Below, piece after piece: positions 29,809-39,682 of a DNA stretch of 64,000 nt (its first letter is position 1; each line of letters starts with the position of its first letter). Where the stretch lies: NCBI GenBank assembly GCA_946499835.1, contig CAMMTJ010000005.1, positions 930 to 64,929 on the forward strand. Reading direction: 5' to 3'. Source of the DNA: an uncultured Bacillota bacterium. Lineage in GTDB: Bacteria > Bacillota > Clostridia > Christensenellales > UBA1242. Position numbers and translations under genes: made by a program. The notes below the pieces were generated by a model, which ran no database searches, was not told where the DNA came from, and worked only from the letters and a program-made list of their open reading frames with translations.

Positions 29809-30297
29809 ATGAAAGAATACGAACACAGTTTTAAAGTAAAGTCAATACTTCCATATTTAGAATATTGCAAACAAAATGGATATACAGAGTTTGATGCTGT
29901 TACTCAAAATAGAGTGGTTTATGAAAATAGCAATAGCGACCACATTATCGCAAGAATTACTACTGAAACGGTTGGAGAAGGTAAAGAAAGAATAGTTTTT
30001 GATTGCAAAAATGTAGGTAGCAAACGAAAAGATTTGAATATTTCTAGTGAGTCAATTCCAATGGAGTTAACAGAAGAGACCAAAAAGATTGTTTTATCTA
30101 TGTTAGAGGTTCTTGAATTTTATGTCGCAGCAGATAATTTAAGAACAAGATATATATTCAAAAAGGAAGGTGTAACTTTTGAGATAGATGACTATATAAG
30201 ACCACAAACTCAAGTAGTTGCGATTGAAGGCAAAGAAGAGGCTGTAGAAAAAGTATATAGCGATATTCTATCTAAGATAAACAACATTATAAAATAA
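29809..30297 (+). CDS. CYTH-domain protein (triphosphate tunnel metalloenzyme-like)
   Basis: N-terminal EYE motif, RTRYIF, FEIDDY, VAIEG. Confidence 0.7.
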   Translation: MKEYEHSFKVKSILPYLEYCKQNGYTEFDAVTQNRVVYENSNSDHIIARITTETVGEGKERIVFDCKNVGSKRKDLNISSESIPMELTEETKKIVLSMLEVLEFYVAADNLRTRYIFKKEGVTFEIDDYIRPQTQVVAIEGKEEAVEKVYSDILSKINNIIK

Positions 30298-30302
30298 AAA
30301 TC

Positions 30303-30410
30303 ATGAAGATAGGAATAGATATAGATGATACAATTACAGATACAGGTTTATATTTTATAAAATTTGTAGCAGAATATTTCAAATTAGATAAAAACTATTT
30401 GAAAAAATAA
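30303..30410 (+). pseudogene. Truncated NT5C-like HAD nucleotidase
   Basis: MKIGIDIDDTITDT start, then a stop after 35 aa just before the right repeat. Confidence 0.7.
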
Positions 30411-30435
30411 TAAATTTTATAATATCTTTATAAAT

Positions 30436-30464
30436 ACAAAAAAGCATATCGGTCGATATGCTTT
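30436..30464. repeat. 29-bp direct repeat (terminator hairpin), right copy
   Basis: Identical to 29385-29413; positioned to terminate mTERF-like locus 2. Confidence 0.85.
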
Positions 30465-30480
30465 TGTTTTTTATTTAATT

Positions 30481-30774
30481 TCAAATTGCAAAAGGATTGT
30501 TTTTTAGATATTCTTCAATATCAATCTTTTGCAGGATGAGTTTGTCAAGTTCATTCATCAACACATTTTCGTCCATTGTCATAACATTAGGGTTTTGACA
30601 GAAAAGGTCTGGCAAATCTTCTTTTGGAAAGCCATAACAACTTAAAACTCGCATCACACCTTTAACTTCTTTCAGCGTGGTAACATCAAGGGTTGGAGCA
30701 ATATTTTTCATATCTTCAATCTCATTTTTAGTAAATTTCATTTGCAGTAAAAAATTTTCCAAATCTTTCTGCAT
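30481..30774 (-). CDS. Small mTERF-like partner protein, locus 2
   Basis: AGGAG RBS; YGFPKED...NPNVM...LKNNPFAI; paralog of 21332-21622. Confidence 0.75.
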   Translation of the reverse strand: MQKDLENFLLQMKFTKNEIEDMKNIAPTLDVTTLKEVKGVMRVLSCYGFPKEDLPDLFCQNPNVMTMDENVLMNELDKLILQKIDIEEYLKNNPFAI

Positions 30775-30775
30775 A

Positions 30776-31969
30776 TCATTCTCCTCTTTCTGCACTTTTT
30801 TGCAAATCTTCCAATTTAACTTCAAGTTTTTTATCGTCATTTATTTCTGTGAGTTTGTCATATTCGCTATTCACAAATTCCACAACTTCTTTTGTGATTG
30901 GAAACTTTTCCATAAGTTTAATGCTCTCAACTCCATATTTTTTTTGAAAGTTTTTTTCACCAAGAAATACATCGTCAGGCCTCATTTTATCAGTTTGGTT
31001 CATTTGAGAATATCTTGCCCAAAATTTTCTTTCGCTTGTCATGCTCCAGAATTTTTTATCAAGGAATTTTTTGTTGCCAAAAGCAACATATAAAAGCATA
31101 TATTTGAAAATAAAACCTTTGGAAGGTGTTGCCAACATTGAAGGATTTTTAATTATATCATCTTTGCTTAACTTAATCTTATCAAAAATTTCCTTCTTGT
31201 TTTTAAGCCCTTCATTAGCATAACATAAAAGAGAAGGTGAAATTTTAAGCATTTTGTTGAACTCATCTTGTGTCAAGCCAAAAGTCTCTTTATAAAATTT
31301 AGTCTTTTGTAACACACTTTCATCATTCAAATTTAGAATGGAAGGCAAAGATTTGAATATTTTGCTGAATTCATCTTGTGATAAGTCAAAAGTCTCTTTA
31401 TAAAACTTAGCCTTTTCCAAAACATTTTCACTATTGAGACCCAAAAGGGTAGGAGAGGATTTAATCATTTTGGAAATTTGGTCTTGTGTTAAGTTGAAAG
31501 TGTCTTTATAAAAGTTAACTTTTTCCAAAACATTTTTCTTTTTCAAAAATAAAAGAGAAGGTTGAGATTTTATCATTTTGTTTGCTTCTTCTCGTGTTAA
31601 GTTAAAAGTTCCTTGATAAAAGTCAATTTTTTCTTTCACGCTTTTATTTTTCAAACATAAAAGAGTAGGATAAGTTTTAATCGTTTTGTTAAATTCGCTT
31701 TGTGTTAGGCCAAAAGTTTCTTGATAAAACTTAGCCTTTTCCAAAACACTTTTATTACTATAACTTAAAATGGCAGGCAAGGTCTTAACCATTTTGATAA
31801 AGTCTCTTTGTGTTAAGTTAAATGTTGGTTTATAAAAGTCAGTTTTTTTCGAAATTTTTTCTTTTTTGAGATATAAAAGCGATGGAAGAGATGCTTCTTT
31901 CCTTTTGATATCATCATCTGTCCACTCAAAATCTTGTTTCAAAATCTCAGTAATACTTGTTATCCCCAT
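30776..31969 (-). CDS. mTERF-like tandem repeat protein, large subunit of locus 2
   Basis: Six well-conserved 36-aa repeats; mTERF-like C-terminal pattern SERKFWARY...EKNFQKKY; GGAGG RBS. Confidence 0.8.
   Translation of the reverse strand: MGITSITEILKQDFEWTDDDIKRKEASLPSLLYLKKEKISKKTDFYKPTFNLTQRDFIKMVKTLPAILSYSNKSVLEKAKFYQETFGLTQSEFNKTIKTYPTLLCLKNKSVKEKIDFYQGTFNLTREEANKMIKSQPSLLFLKKKNVLEKVNFYKDTFNLTQDQISKMIKSSPTLLGLNSENVLEKAKFYKETFDLSQDEFSKIFKSLPSILNLNDESVLQKTKFYKETFGLTQDEFNKMLKISPSLLCYANEGLKNKKEIFDKIKLSKDDIIKNPSMLATPSKGFIFKYMLLYVAFGNKKFLDKKFWSMTSERKFWARYSQMNQTDKMRPDDVFLGEKNFQKKYGVESIKLMEKFPITKEVVEFVNSEYDKLTEINDDKKLEVKLEDLQKSAERGE
31196..31843 (-). repeat. Six 108-bp coding tandem repeats
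   Basis: Consensus xxFYKxTFxLTQxEFxKMIKxxPxLLxLxxxSVLEK. Confidence 0.9.
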
Positions 31970-32063
31970 TTCAACCTCCATTCGAATTTTATCATAATAT
32001 GACAAAATTGTCAATATGCAAGTTATCGGTGATATATATCAAAATTGAATAATATATTACCAT

Positions 32064-32753
32064 ATGCGATTTATTGTAATAAAAAAGAAAATGATTGTTT
32101 GTTGTTTGGCGATTTTGCTTATACTTTCTGTTGTTCTTATTTTTTTTGCAGTGCGTGGGGTTGAGACGAATATGCCAAAACCTGAACACATTATTGTCAT
32201 TGATGCCGGCCATGGCGGGCGTGATGGTGGCACGGTGGGCAGCGGCGGAGCGATAGAAAGTCAGCTTAATCTCGACTATGCCATCACCTTAAAACAAATG
32301 TGTGAAAGTTTTGGTTTTGGTGTGGTTATGACAAGAGAAAATATGAATGGACTTTATGATGAAAACGCTCCAAACAAAAAGCGTAGCGAGATGGAAAAAA
32401 GAAAAAAGATTATTGATGAAAGTGATGCAGACATTGTGATAAGTTTGCATATGAACGGCTTTCCTCTTCCATCAGCAGAAGGGGCGCAGGTTTTTTACGG
32501 GAAAGGCAATGAGGCTGGGCAGGCACTGGCAGAATCGGTCACAACCTCACTTTCACGAGATTTTGAAAGTGCAAGAGATTATTGCACAGTTGGTGATTAC
32601 TTTGTTTTGAACTGCACCGATAAGGCTGGTGTTTTGGTTGAGTGTGGTTTTTTAAGCAATCCAAGCGAAGAAAAATTGTTGCAAAGCAGAGAATATCGGC
32701 AAAAGTTTTGTTATAGTTTGCTTTACGGCATTATCACATATTTTCAAATGTAG
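32064..32753 (+). CDS. cwlD: N-acetylmuramoyl-L-alanine amidase (CwlD-like)
   Basis: VIDAGHGGRDGG, ESQLNL, ISLHMN, LVECGFLSNPSE. Confidence 0.8.
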   Translation: MRFIVIKKKMIVCCLAILLILSVVLIFFAVRGVETNMPKPEHIIVIDAGHGGRDGGTVGSGGAIESQLNLDYAITLKQMCESFGFGVVMTRENMNGLYDENAPNKKRSEMEKRKKIIDESDADIVISLHMNGFPLPSAEGAQVFYGKGNEAGQALAESVTTSLSRDFESARDYCTVGDYFVLNCTDKAGVLVECGFLSNPSEEKLLQSREYRQKFCYSLLYGIITYFQM

Positions 32754-32819
32754 TGACACCTCTCTTTCAAAATCTTGACAAAAATTTTTCAAGTTTCTAT
32801 ACTCTAAGTGGGAGAAATA

Positions 32820-33704
32820 ATGAAAAACACCAAAGATAATCTTATCATTGACCTTCATATGCATACCAATTTTTCAGATGGTGGATGCACCTTGCAACAA
32901 CTTTTTGACAATCTTCACAAACAAAAAGTGTCAGTTGCGTCTATTACAGACCATAACAGCATTGAAGCATATAAAAATCTCGATGGGGTTCAAACATACG
33001 GGATTGGTCTTGTCAAGGGCATGGAATGTAATGTTGATTTTATGGGAAAACATTATCATGTTTTGATGTATGATTTTGACGATTGTCCTGCCTTAAAAAA
33101 ATACCTCAAGGTTGTCAGAAAAGATGACATCAAATTTTTCAAAAAACTGATAAGCACTCTTGAAAAACTTTACCGATTGAAGTTTGACAAAAAGGCAGTT
33201 GAAGACTTTATAAACAATAACACCTATCTTGACAAAGTGCGCTTAAACAATTTTTTGATGGAGCAGGGACTTGCAACCTCTCCACGACAAGCCTTTTTCA
33301 AATTTACAAAGCCACTTCCAGATAAACTTGGATATTTTTATCCAGCCAAAAAGTTTTTCTCTCTTGTCAAAAAGAGTGGTGCCCTTTCCATTCTTGCGCA
33401 TCCAAACAAATATTTGGCGTTTTTAGACAACGAACAAGAGTTGAAGAGCATTATTTTGCAGTTAAAGAAAATGGGACTTGATGGCGTTGAGGTTTTCAAC
33501 AATCGTCAAACAAAAGAATATGAAAAAATCTATCTTGATTTTGTCAAAGAAAACAACATGGAGTGGAGTGGTGGCAGTGACTTTCACAAGAAGTTTGGAG
33601 TGATAGAAAGAAAAAGACTTGGGCATGCAATTGATCATAACATTTCGATTGATTGTTATAGCACCAAACTAAGGCAGTTGATTTTTAAGGCAATAGGAAA
33701 ATAA
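32820..33704 (+). CDS. PHP-domain phosphoesterase
   Basis: DLHMHTNFSDG, ITDHN, LAHP, GGSDFH. Confidence 0.9.
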   Translation: MKNTKDNLIIDLHMHTNFSDGGCTLQQLFDNLHKQKVSVASITDHNSIEAYKNLDGVQTYGIGLVKGMECNVDFMGKHYHVLMYDFDDCPALKKYLKVVRKDDIKFFKKLISTLEKLYRLKFDKKAVEDFINNNTYLDKVRLNNFLMEQGLATSPRQAFFKFTKPLPDKLGYFYPAKKFFSLVKKSGALSILAHPNKYLAFLDNEQELKSIILQLKKMGLDGVEVFNNRQTKEYEKIYLDFVKENNMEWSGGSDFHKKFGVIERKRLGHAIDHNISIDCYSTKLRQLIFKAIGK

Positions 33705-33718
33705 AAAAGGAGAGAAAA

Positions 33719-34267
33719 ATGTTAATACTTTTATCTGGAGTTTCGGGGGTGGGGAAGAATACGGTTATTGCAAACCTTCTTGAAAGGAGAAAAAATCTTT
33801 CTTTTATGCTTTCTGGCACAACCAGAACTCGCAGAAATAGTGAGAAGGATGCAAACTATATCTATATGACCAAAGAGGAGTTTGCTCGCAGAGAAAAAAA
33901 TGGCGATTTTTTTGAAACGCAACAGGTGCATGGAAACATGTATGGCATTTTGAAAGATTCGCTTTTGAAAGCAAGTGAGGATCGTGAAAAAGACTATATC
34001 AAAGACATCGATGTTTATGGCAACAAAAAAGTCAGAGGTTTTTTGAAGGGAAAGGCAAAGGTGCTTTCAATCTTTCTTGACGCGCCAGATGACGTTTTGG
34101 CAGAAAGGCTTAGAGGGCGAGGGGAAGAAGAGGAGCGAATAAAAGCCCGTCTGTCACGAGCGGAAGAAGAGAGGGCTCACAAGAAAGACTATGATGCAGT
34201 CATAGAAAACATAGATCTTGAAAAGACGATAAAAACTATTCTTGAACTGATTGAAAAAAACAAATGA
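33719..34267 (+). CDS. gmk: Guanylate kinase
   Basis: SGVSGVGK, TTRTRR, HGNMYG, RLRGRG. Confidence 0.85.
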   Translation: MLILLSGVSGVGKNTVIANLLERRKNLSFMLSGTTRTRRNSEKDANYIYMTKEEFARREKNGDFFETQQVHGNMYGILKDSLLKASEDREKDYIKDIDVYGNKKVRGFLKGKAKVLSIFLDAPDDVLAERLRGRGEEEERIKARLSRAEEERAHKKDYDAVIENIDLEKTIKTILELIEKNK

Positions 34268-34355
34268 CAAAATTTGATAGCATCTTGCAAAAGTGGACAA
34301 TCTTCACTTATGCAAGATTTTTTTTGAGAGTTATACTTGAAGAAAAGGAAGTTTT

Positions 34356-36638
34356 ATGAAAAGCAAACTTTATTTTCTTGTGATGTTTATCCTCTTTTTT
34401 GCCCTTTTTGCACTTCTTAACTTTGCCTCTATTGGCGGGGTGGTTTATCCTTTTGCCTTTTCAATGCTCTTTGCACTTGCTTGGGCAAATCAAAAGGTGT
34501 GGCTTCTTGCTCCTGCATACATCGGGGCGACTCTTGCCGTCAATTTTTCTTTTGAAAGTGCGATCGGCTCGGTGGTTTGTGCTCTCTTTCTTGTTGTGCC
34601 ATATTATATACATATCTTGCTTAAAAAGAACATCAAAAAGTGGGAACTTCTCATTTATTGCATCCTAAGTCAAACGGCGACTGTGGTTTTTCAAGCGCTT
34701 GGAGGAGTCAGCCCTTTTATCATAGTCGCATCCTTAATTGGTGGAGGCTTGTTCTTCTGGGCGTGCTGTCATATCTTTGAGCCAATTATAATCAGGGGCT
34801 TTGCCTTCAAGTTGACATCAGGTGAACTGATTTGTGGTGCAATCGTGCTCATGGCTCTCAGCGATGGACTTTACTCTTGTGACCTGTATGGCTTTTCCTT
34901 TCTCAAACTTTTTGTGGTCTTTTCTCTTTTGTCAATCTCTTACACTTCAAAATCTGCTTATACCGCTCTTATTTCTGCCGTGCTTGCTCTTGGCACTCTT
35001 GTGCATGAAAACAACCCAGTTTATGTCACACCAATTATTCTTTGGGCGCTTTCAATTGTGGCTTTCAAAACTCAAAAAAGGATTTTTCCAGCCTTAGCAG
35101 TGATTGCCTGTGAGACAGTTGTCGGATTTTATTTCAAACTATATTATTCTTTTGGCATTTTGCAGTTTGCACCAGTCATTGCAGGTGCGCTTATATTCTT
35201 CCTTTTGCCAAAGAAGTGGTATGACAAAGTCAGTGTGCTTTTGTCCACAAACAATGATCGAATGGCAGTCAAAAATGTTATCAACCGAAACAGAGAAGTG
35301 CTTAAACGCAGGCTTGATAACCTAAGCGAAGTCTTTTTGGATATGAACGAAGTTTTCAAAAAATTGATAAAAGAAAGCCTTTCGCCTAGTCAGGTGCAAG
35401 AACTTCTGTTTGAAGAGGTCAAGGGCTCTGTGTGCAAAAATTGTCCAGAGGCAAAACACTGTCACCGCACGTTTTGTGGCGAAACGAAAAAGATGTTTTG
35501 TGAACTTATCAAGATCTCAATGGATAGGGGAAGAATAACTTTGCTTGATCTTCCAAGTTATCTCACTTCCCGTTGTGGAAGAGTCAACAATTTGATGAGT
35601 GAGATCAACACTCTCACAAATCAATACAAAAACTATCAAAGTCTTGTTTCCAATGTGGACATAAGCAAAATGCTCATCTCTGATCAACTTGGCGGAATTG
35701 CTCAAATCATGCGATCACTTTCAAATGAGGTTGACAGTTTGATTTCCTTCAACTCTGCACAAGAGAGCAAAATTATTGATGAACTTTCTTACAACAACAT
35801 CTTCTGCTCGGATGCCGTTGTGTATGACAAGGATGCTCGCACTGTTATGGCAAGCCTTGTGGTAAGGGCGGAGGATGCAAGCAGACCACGGCTTGCCCAA
35901 GTGGTCAGCAAAGTATGCTCTTGTCCTATGGCTGTGTATGAGGCCTACCCATCATCGCGTTCAGGACTTGTCAATGTCAACTTGAAAACATCGCCAAGAT
36001 ATGATGCCATTTTTGGAGTTGCAATCCACAGAAAAACTGGCTCAAACATTTCTGGCGACTGCCACAGCATTATCAAACTTGACGGCGACAAATTTTTGTT
36101 TGCAATTTGCGATGGCATGGGAAGTGGAGAAAAGGCAAATGAAAAAAGTGACACAACAATCGGCCTTATTGAAAACTTTTACAAAGCAGGCTTTGACAAT
36201 GAACTTATTTTGTCAAGCGTAAACAAACTGTTAAACCTTGAAAAAGACGATGTCTTTTCAACCATTGATGTATGCGTGGTTGACCTCAAAAATGGAATAG
36301 CCGATTGCATAAAAATGGGTGCACCTTCTTCCTTTGTCAAAGGCGAGGAGGAGTGCAAGATTATTGAAGGCGGGGCATTGCCAGTTGGTGTGCTTCAAGA
36401 AGGAAAGGCGCAAATCAAGAAAATTGTGCTTTGTGAAAAGGACATGATCGTGCTTGCAAGTGATGGCATAAATGATTCTTTTGGAAGTGACAGCGAAATG
36501 AAAGATTTCCTGTGCACTCTCAAAACAACCAATCCGCAAGAGTTTGCAAACGCACTTCTCGACAAAGCGCTTGCAAACAACAATGGCCATGCAGTTGACG
36601 ATATGACAGCACTTGTTATCAAAATTTTTGCAAATTGA
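34356..36638 (+). CDS. spoIIE: Stage II sporulation phosphatase SpoIIE
   Basis: Multiple N-terminal TM helices, CKNC region, PP2C motifs SGD, CDGMGSG, SDG and DDMT. Confidence 0.92.
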   Translation: MKSKLYFLVMFILFFALFALLNFASIGGVVYPFAFSMLFALAWANQKVWLLAPAYIGATLAVNFSFESAIGSVVCALFLVVPYYIHILLKKNIKKWELLIYCILSQTATVVFQALGGVSPFIIVASLIGGGLFFWACCHIFEPIIIRGFAFKLTSGELICGAIVLMALSDGLYSCDLYGFSFLKLFVVFSLLSISYTSKSAYTALISAVLALGTLVHENNPVYVTPIILWALSIVAFKTQKRIFPALAVIACETVVGFYFKLYYSFGILQFAPVIAGALIFFLLPKKWYDKVSVLLSTNNDRMAVKNVINRNREVLKRRLDNLSEVFLDMNEVFKKLIKESLSPSQVQELLFEEVKGSVCKNCPEAKHCHRTFCGETKKMFCELIKISMDRGRITLLDLPSYLTSRCGRVNNLMSEINTLTNQYKNYQSLVSNVDISKMLISDQLGGIAQIMRSLSNEVDSLISFNSAQESKIIDELSYNNIFCSDAVVYDKDARTVMASLVVRAEDASRPRLAQVVSKVCSCPMAVYEAYPSSRSGLVNVNLKTSPRYDAIFGVAIHRKTGSNISGDCHSIIKLDGDKFLFAICDGMGSGEKANEKSDTTIGLIENFYKAGFDNELILSSVNKLLNLEKDDVFSTIDVCVVDLKNGIADCIKMGAPSSFVKGEEECKIIEGGALPVGVLQEGKAQIKKIVLCEKDMIVLASDGINDSFGSDSEMKDFLCTLKTTNPQEFANALLDKALANNNGHAVDDMTALVIKIFAN

Positions 36639-36795
36639 AAGAAAAACAGCATTCTTTTGCTGTTTTTTCTTGTTTTTTCAATATTTTTTCATGTTTGTTA
36701 TTGCACTTATAAAATAATTGATATATAATAAATAAGACACTTTTGGCAAAAATAATTGTTTTTTGCCTTAAAAATATATATTAACGGAGTTTTTT

Positions 36796-38127
36796 ATGCA
36801 ATCGGTGGAAAAATTTATTGAACAGACAAAGATGATCAAGGCTGGTGATGTTATCGGTGTTGGATGCAGTGGAGGAAGTGATTCAATGGCTCTTCTTTCA
36901 TTTTTGGCACAAAATCAAGAAAAGTATGATATTGAAGTTGTGGCAATTCATGTTGACCACTCTATACGAGAAAACAGCAGTGATGATGCAGATTTTGTAA
37001 GGGCAAAGGCGCGTGAAATGGGCGTGCGTTTTTACAAGTTTCGCATAGACGCACCAAAGATTGCAAAAGACAGAGGAATAAGTCTTGAATCAGCGGCAAG
37101 AGAAGGAAGATATGGAGTGTTTGAGGCACTTCTCAAAAAAGGACTTGTAGATAAAATTGCTCTTGCTCATCAAAAATCTGACCAAGCAGAAACAATTCTT
37201 ATGCACCTTTTCAGAGGAGCGGGCATGAGCGGTGCAAAAGGCATGGAAGCAATTCGCGACAATGTCTATATCAGACCAATGCTCAACACATCAAAGCAAG
37301 AAATTTATGACTGGCTGAGTGAAAATAGAATTGACTATGTTGATGATGAAACAAATGCTGACAACACTTACAATCGCAATTTTGTGCGCAATGTGCTTAT
37401 GCGTGAGGTTGTCAAAAGATGGCCTAACGCCATTGATGCAATCACATCGTTTGCAAAATCTATTGCAGAAGATGATGAGTTTATAAATTCAATGGCACAC
37501 ATAGATGCTGTTATGTTTGAAGACAAGGTGGCAAGAGTGCCACTGAGTTACTTTCTCTACCAAAGCCCAATCGTAAACAGAATACTTTTCAAAGTTTTTA
37601 AGCGAATTGGCATAACAAGAGATATTGAAAGAAAGCACATTGAGGCAATCAAAGAACTTGCAACCAAAGGGGAAAACGGCAAGAGAATTTATCTTCCTTT
37701 TGAAGCGATTGCGATAAAAGAATATGACTATTTGACAATTTACAATCGCCATGTGGAAGAAGTGACCTTCTCTGAGCCTTTCAAGTGCGGTGAATTTGAA
37801 GTGCCTTCTTTTGGAAAGGTGATTGTCAGACGTGTCAAAGATTTCACGCCAAAAGAAGGGGTGCTTTATCTTGACTATCGCAAAGTGCCAAAGACGGCGT
37901 CATGGCGTTTTAGAGAAGACGGAGACGTGTTTGAAAAATTTGGCGGTGGAAAGAAAAAACTCAAAAGTTTTCTTATCGACAAAAAAATACCACAGCGCAA
38001 ACGAAATTTTTTGCCAGTGCTTGCTGACGGCAATGAAATTTATGCCATTGCAGGAGTTGAGATTTCTGAAAAGGTAAAAGTTGAAGATGTGCCAACCGCA
38101 TATATGATTGAAGTGAAAAATGGCTAG
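36796..38127 (+). CDS. tilS: tRNA(Ile)-lysidine synthase
   Basis: SGGSDS, HVDH, AHQKSDQAET, IRPML, C-terminal TilS domain; follows spoIIE. Confidence 0.95.
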   Translation: MQSVEKFIEQTKMIKAGDVIGVGCSGGSDSMALLSFLAQNQEKYDIEVVAIHVDHSIRENSSDDADFVRAKAREMGVRFYKFRIDAPKIAKDRGISLESAAREGRYGVFEALLKKGLVDKIALAHQKSDQAETILMHLFRGAGMSGAKGMEAIRDNVYIRPMLNTSKQEIYDWLSENRIDYVDDETNADNTYNRNFVRNVLMREVVKRWPNAIDAITSFAKSIAEDDEFINSMAHIDAVMFEDKVARVPLSYFLYQSPIVNRILFKVFKRIGITRDIERKHIEAIKELATKGENGKRIYLPFEAIAIKEYDYLTIYNRHVEEVTFSEPFKCGEFEVPSFGKVIVRRVKDFTPKEGVLYLDYRKVPKTASWRFREDGDVFEKFGGGKKKLKSFLIDKKIPQRKRNFLPVLADGNEIYAIAGVEISEKVKVEDVPTAYMIEVKNG

Positions 38128-38137
38128 GTGAGTTGAT

Positions 38138-38947
38138 ATGGAAGAAAAATTGACATTATCAACGCTCTATCGTGCCCAAAGCGTGGTTGACGGCAGGACT
38201 TTTCAAACCTTGCCAGTGAAAAGAGTTTCCTTGTCAGATGCACAGGGACTGATTTTCAATCCAGACCACACAAGATACATATATTTTTCGCCATCGAGCG
38301 TTCATCATGCATATTTTATAAACAAAAAACTGATTGACACAGTCAACTATTTTTTGGATAAATATGGCAAAAGAGTCAATTGTCTTGTCAGCAGAGATTT
38401 TGACAATTTGCAAAAAGTCAAGATGGCGCTTTCCGAACTTGGCGATCTGAGAAAAGATGTCAAAGTCGAGTCAATCGCACTTGAATATCTTGCAGTGTTT
38501 AAGCAAATGATTGATGACTGCGCGGTAAAACAAGGAAAAACTCAAACTGACGAGAAGGCATATATTCCAGAGATTTCAGACACAAAAAGATATGGCGGAG
38601 GTATCGGACTTGCAGAATCATGGCTGGATCTGCTCAAAGACACAACGGTGTTTATAAGGAAAAAAGAGATTTCCATTGACGATCTTTTTATGAACATCGT
38701 CTCACGCAAAAAAATGAGCAAAAGAGAGGTCTTCAACCTCTTTGACACCAAAAAACACACTCTGCAAGGGATCTATCACATAAGGGATAAAAATGGAGCA
38801 AATGCAATCAGGCATGATGTTATGAAAATTGAAGAGAATGGTGAGTATAATCAAAATGAATTGACATGCCAAAAAGACTATTTTTCTTCATTTCGACGAG
38901 AACTTAAACATCAAAGGGATCTTGCACTTGATATGCTGGGCAAATAG
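38138..38947 (+). CDS. Hypothetical protein
   Basis: 269-aa ORF 10 bp after tilS; no motif recognised. Confidence 0.65.
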   Translation: MEEKLTLSTLYRAQSVVDGRTFQTLPVKRVSLSDAQGLIFNPDHTRYIYFSPSSVHHAYFINKKLIDTVNYFLDKYGKRVNCLVSRDFDNLQKVKMALSELGDLRKDVKVESIALEYLAVFKQMIDDCAVKQGKTQTDEKAYIPEISDTKRYGGGIGLAESWLDLLKDTTVFIRKKEISIDDLFMNIVSRKKMSKREVFNLFDTKKHTLQGIYHIRDKNGANAIRHDVMKIEENGEYNQNELTCQKDYFSSFRRELKHQRDLALDMLGK

Positions 38948-39052
38948 ACAAAAATTAGAAAAAATTTACGAACAAATTTACGAACAAATAGGTGCATTTT
39001 GTTTCGTAAATTTTTTTGTTTATGCTACAATATAATTATTACGGAGGTGATT

Positions 39053-39631
39053 ATGAGCACAGGTGCTATTGTCGGCATAGTTGTGGGCGGTGTTGTTGGA
39101 ATCCTTTTGATCGCAATCATTGCTTGGATATGGGCGACATACAACAAATTTATTAGAATGAGAAATGATTGTGATGAGGCTTTCTCAACAATGGATGTTT
39201 ATCTCAAAAAGAGATATGACCTTATTCCAAACCTTGTTGAAACTGTAAAAGGTTATGCAAAGCATGAAAACAAAACTTTGGAAGCAGTTATTCAAGCCAG
39301 AAACATGGCAATGAATTCTAAGTCAGCAGAAGAACAAATCAAAAATGAAAACATCTTGTCAGGCACACTCAAATCTTTGTTTGCTGTTTCTGAAAATTAT
39401 CCAGAACTCAAAGCAGACAAACATTTTACTGAAATGATGAATTCACTCAGACAAATTGAAGAGGAAATCACATCTTCAAGAAAGTATTACAATGCAGTTG
39501 TCAAAGAATACAACATCAAAAGAGAAGTTTTCCCAAGTTCAATTATTGCAGGTTGGTTCAAATTCGTCAAAAAGCCTCTTTATGAGATTGAGGATGTTGA
39601 ACAACGCAAAAATGTGAAAGTTCAATTTTAA
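39053..39631 (+). CDS. lemA: LemA family protein
   Basis: KRYDLIPNLVETVKGYAKHE, ENYPELKA, VFPSSIIA. Confidence 0.95.
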   Translation: MSTGAIVGIVVGGVVGILLIAIIAWIWATYNKFIRMRNDCDEAFSTMDVYLKKRYDLIPNLVETVKGYAKHENKTLEAVIQARNMAMNSKSAEEQIKNENILSGTLKSLFAVSENYPELKADKHFTEMMNSLRQIEEEITSSRKYYNAVVKEYNIKREVFPSSIIAGWFKFVKKPLYEIEDVEQRKNVKVQF

Positions 39632-39637
39632 TCTTTT

Positions 39638-39668
39638 GCAGGCAGGCAGAAAGGCCTGCCTGCTTTTC
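39638..39668 (+). terminator. Strong hairpin between lemA and the DUF2207 gene
   Basis: gcaggcaggc-agaaag-gcctgcctgc followed by ttttt. Confidence 0.7.
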
Positions 39669-39682
39669 TTATGTGAGGTTTT

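Noticed and set aside
38138-38947. hpt or ftsH expected after spoIIE-tilS
   Set aside because: The ORF has no phosphoribosyltransferase or AAA motifs; left as hypothetical
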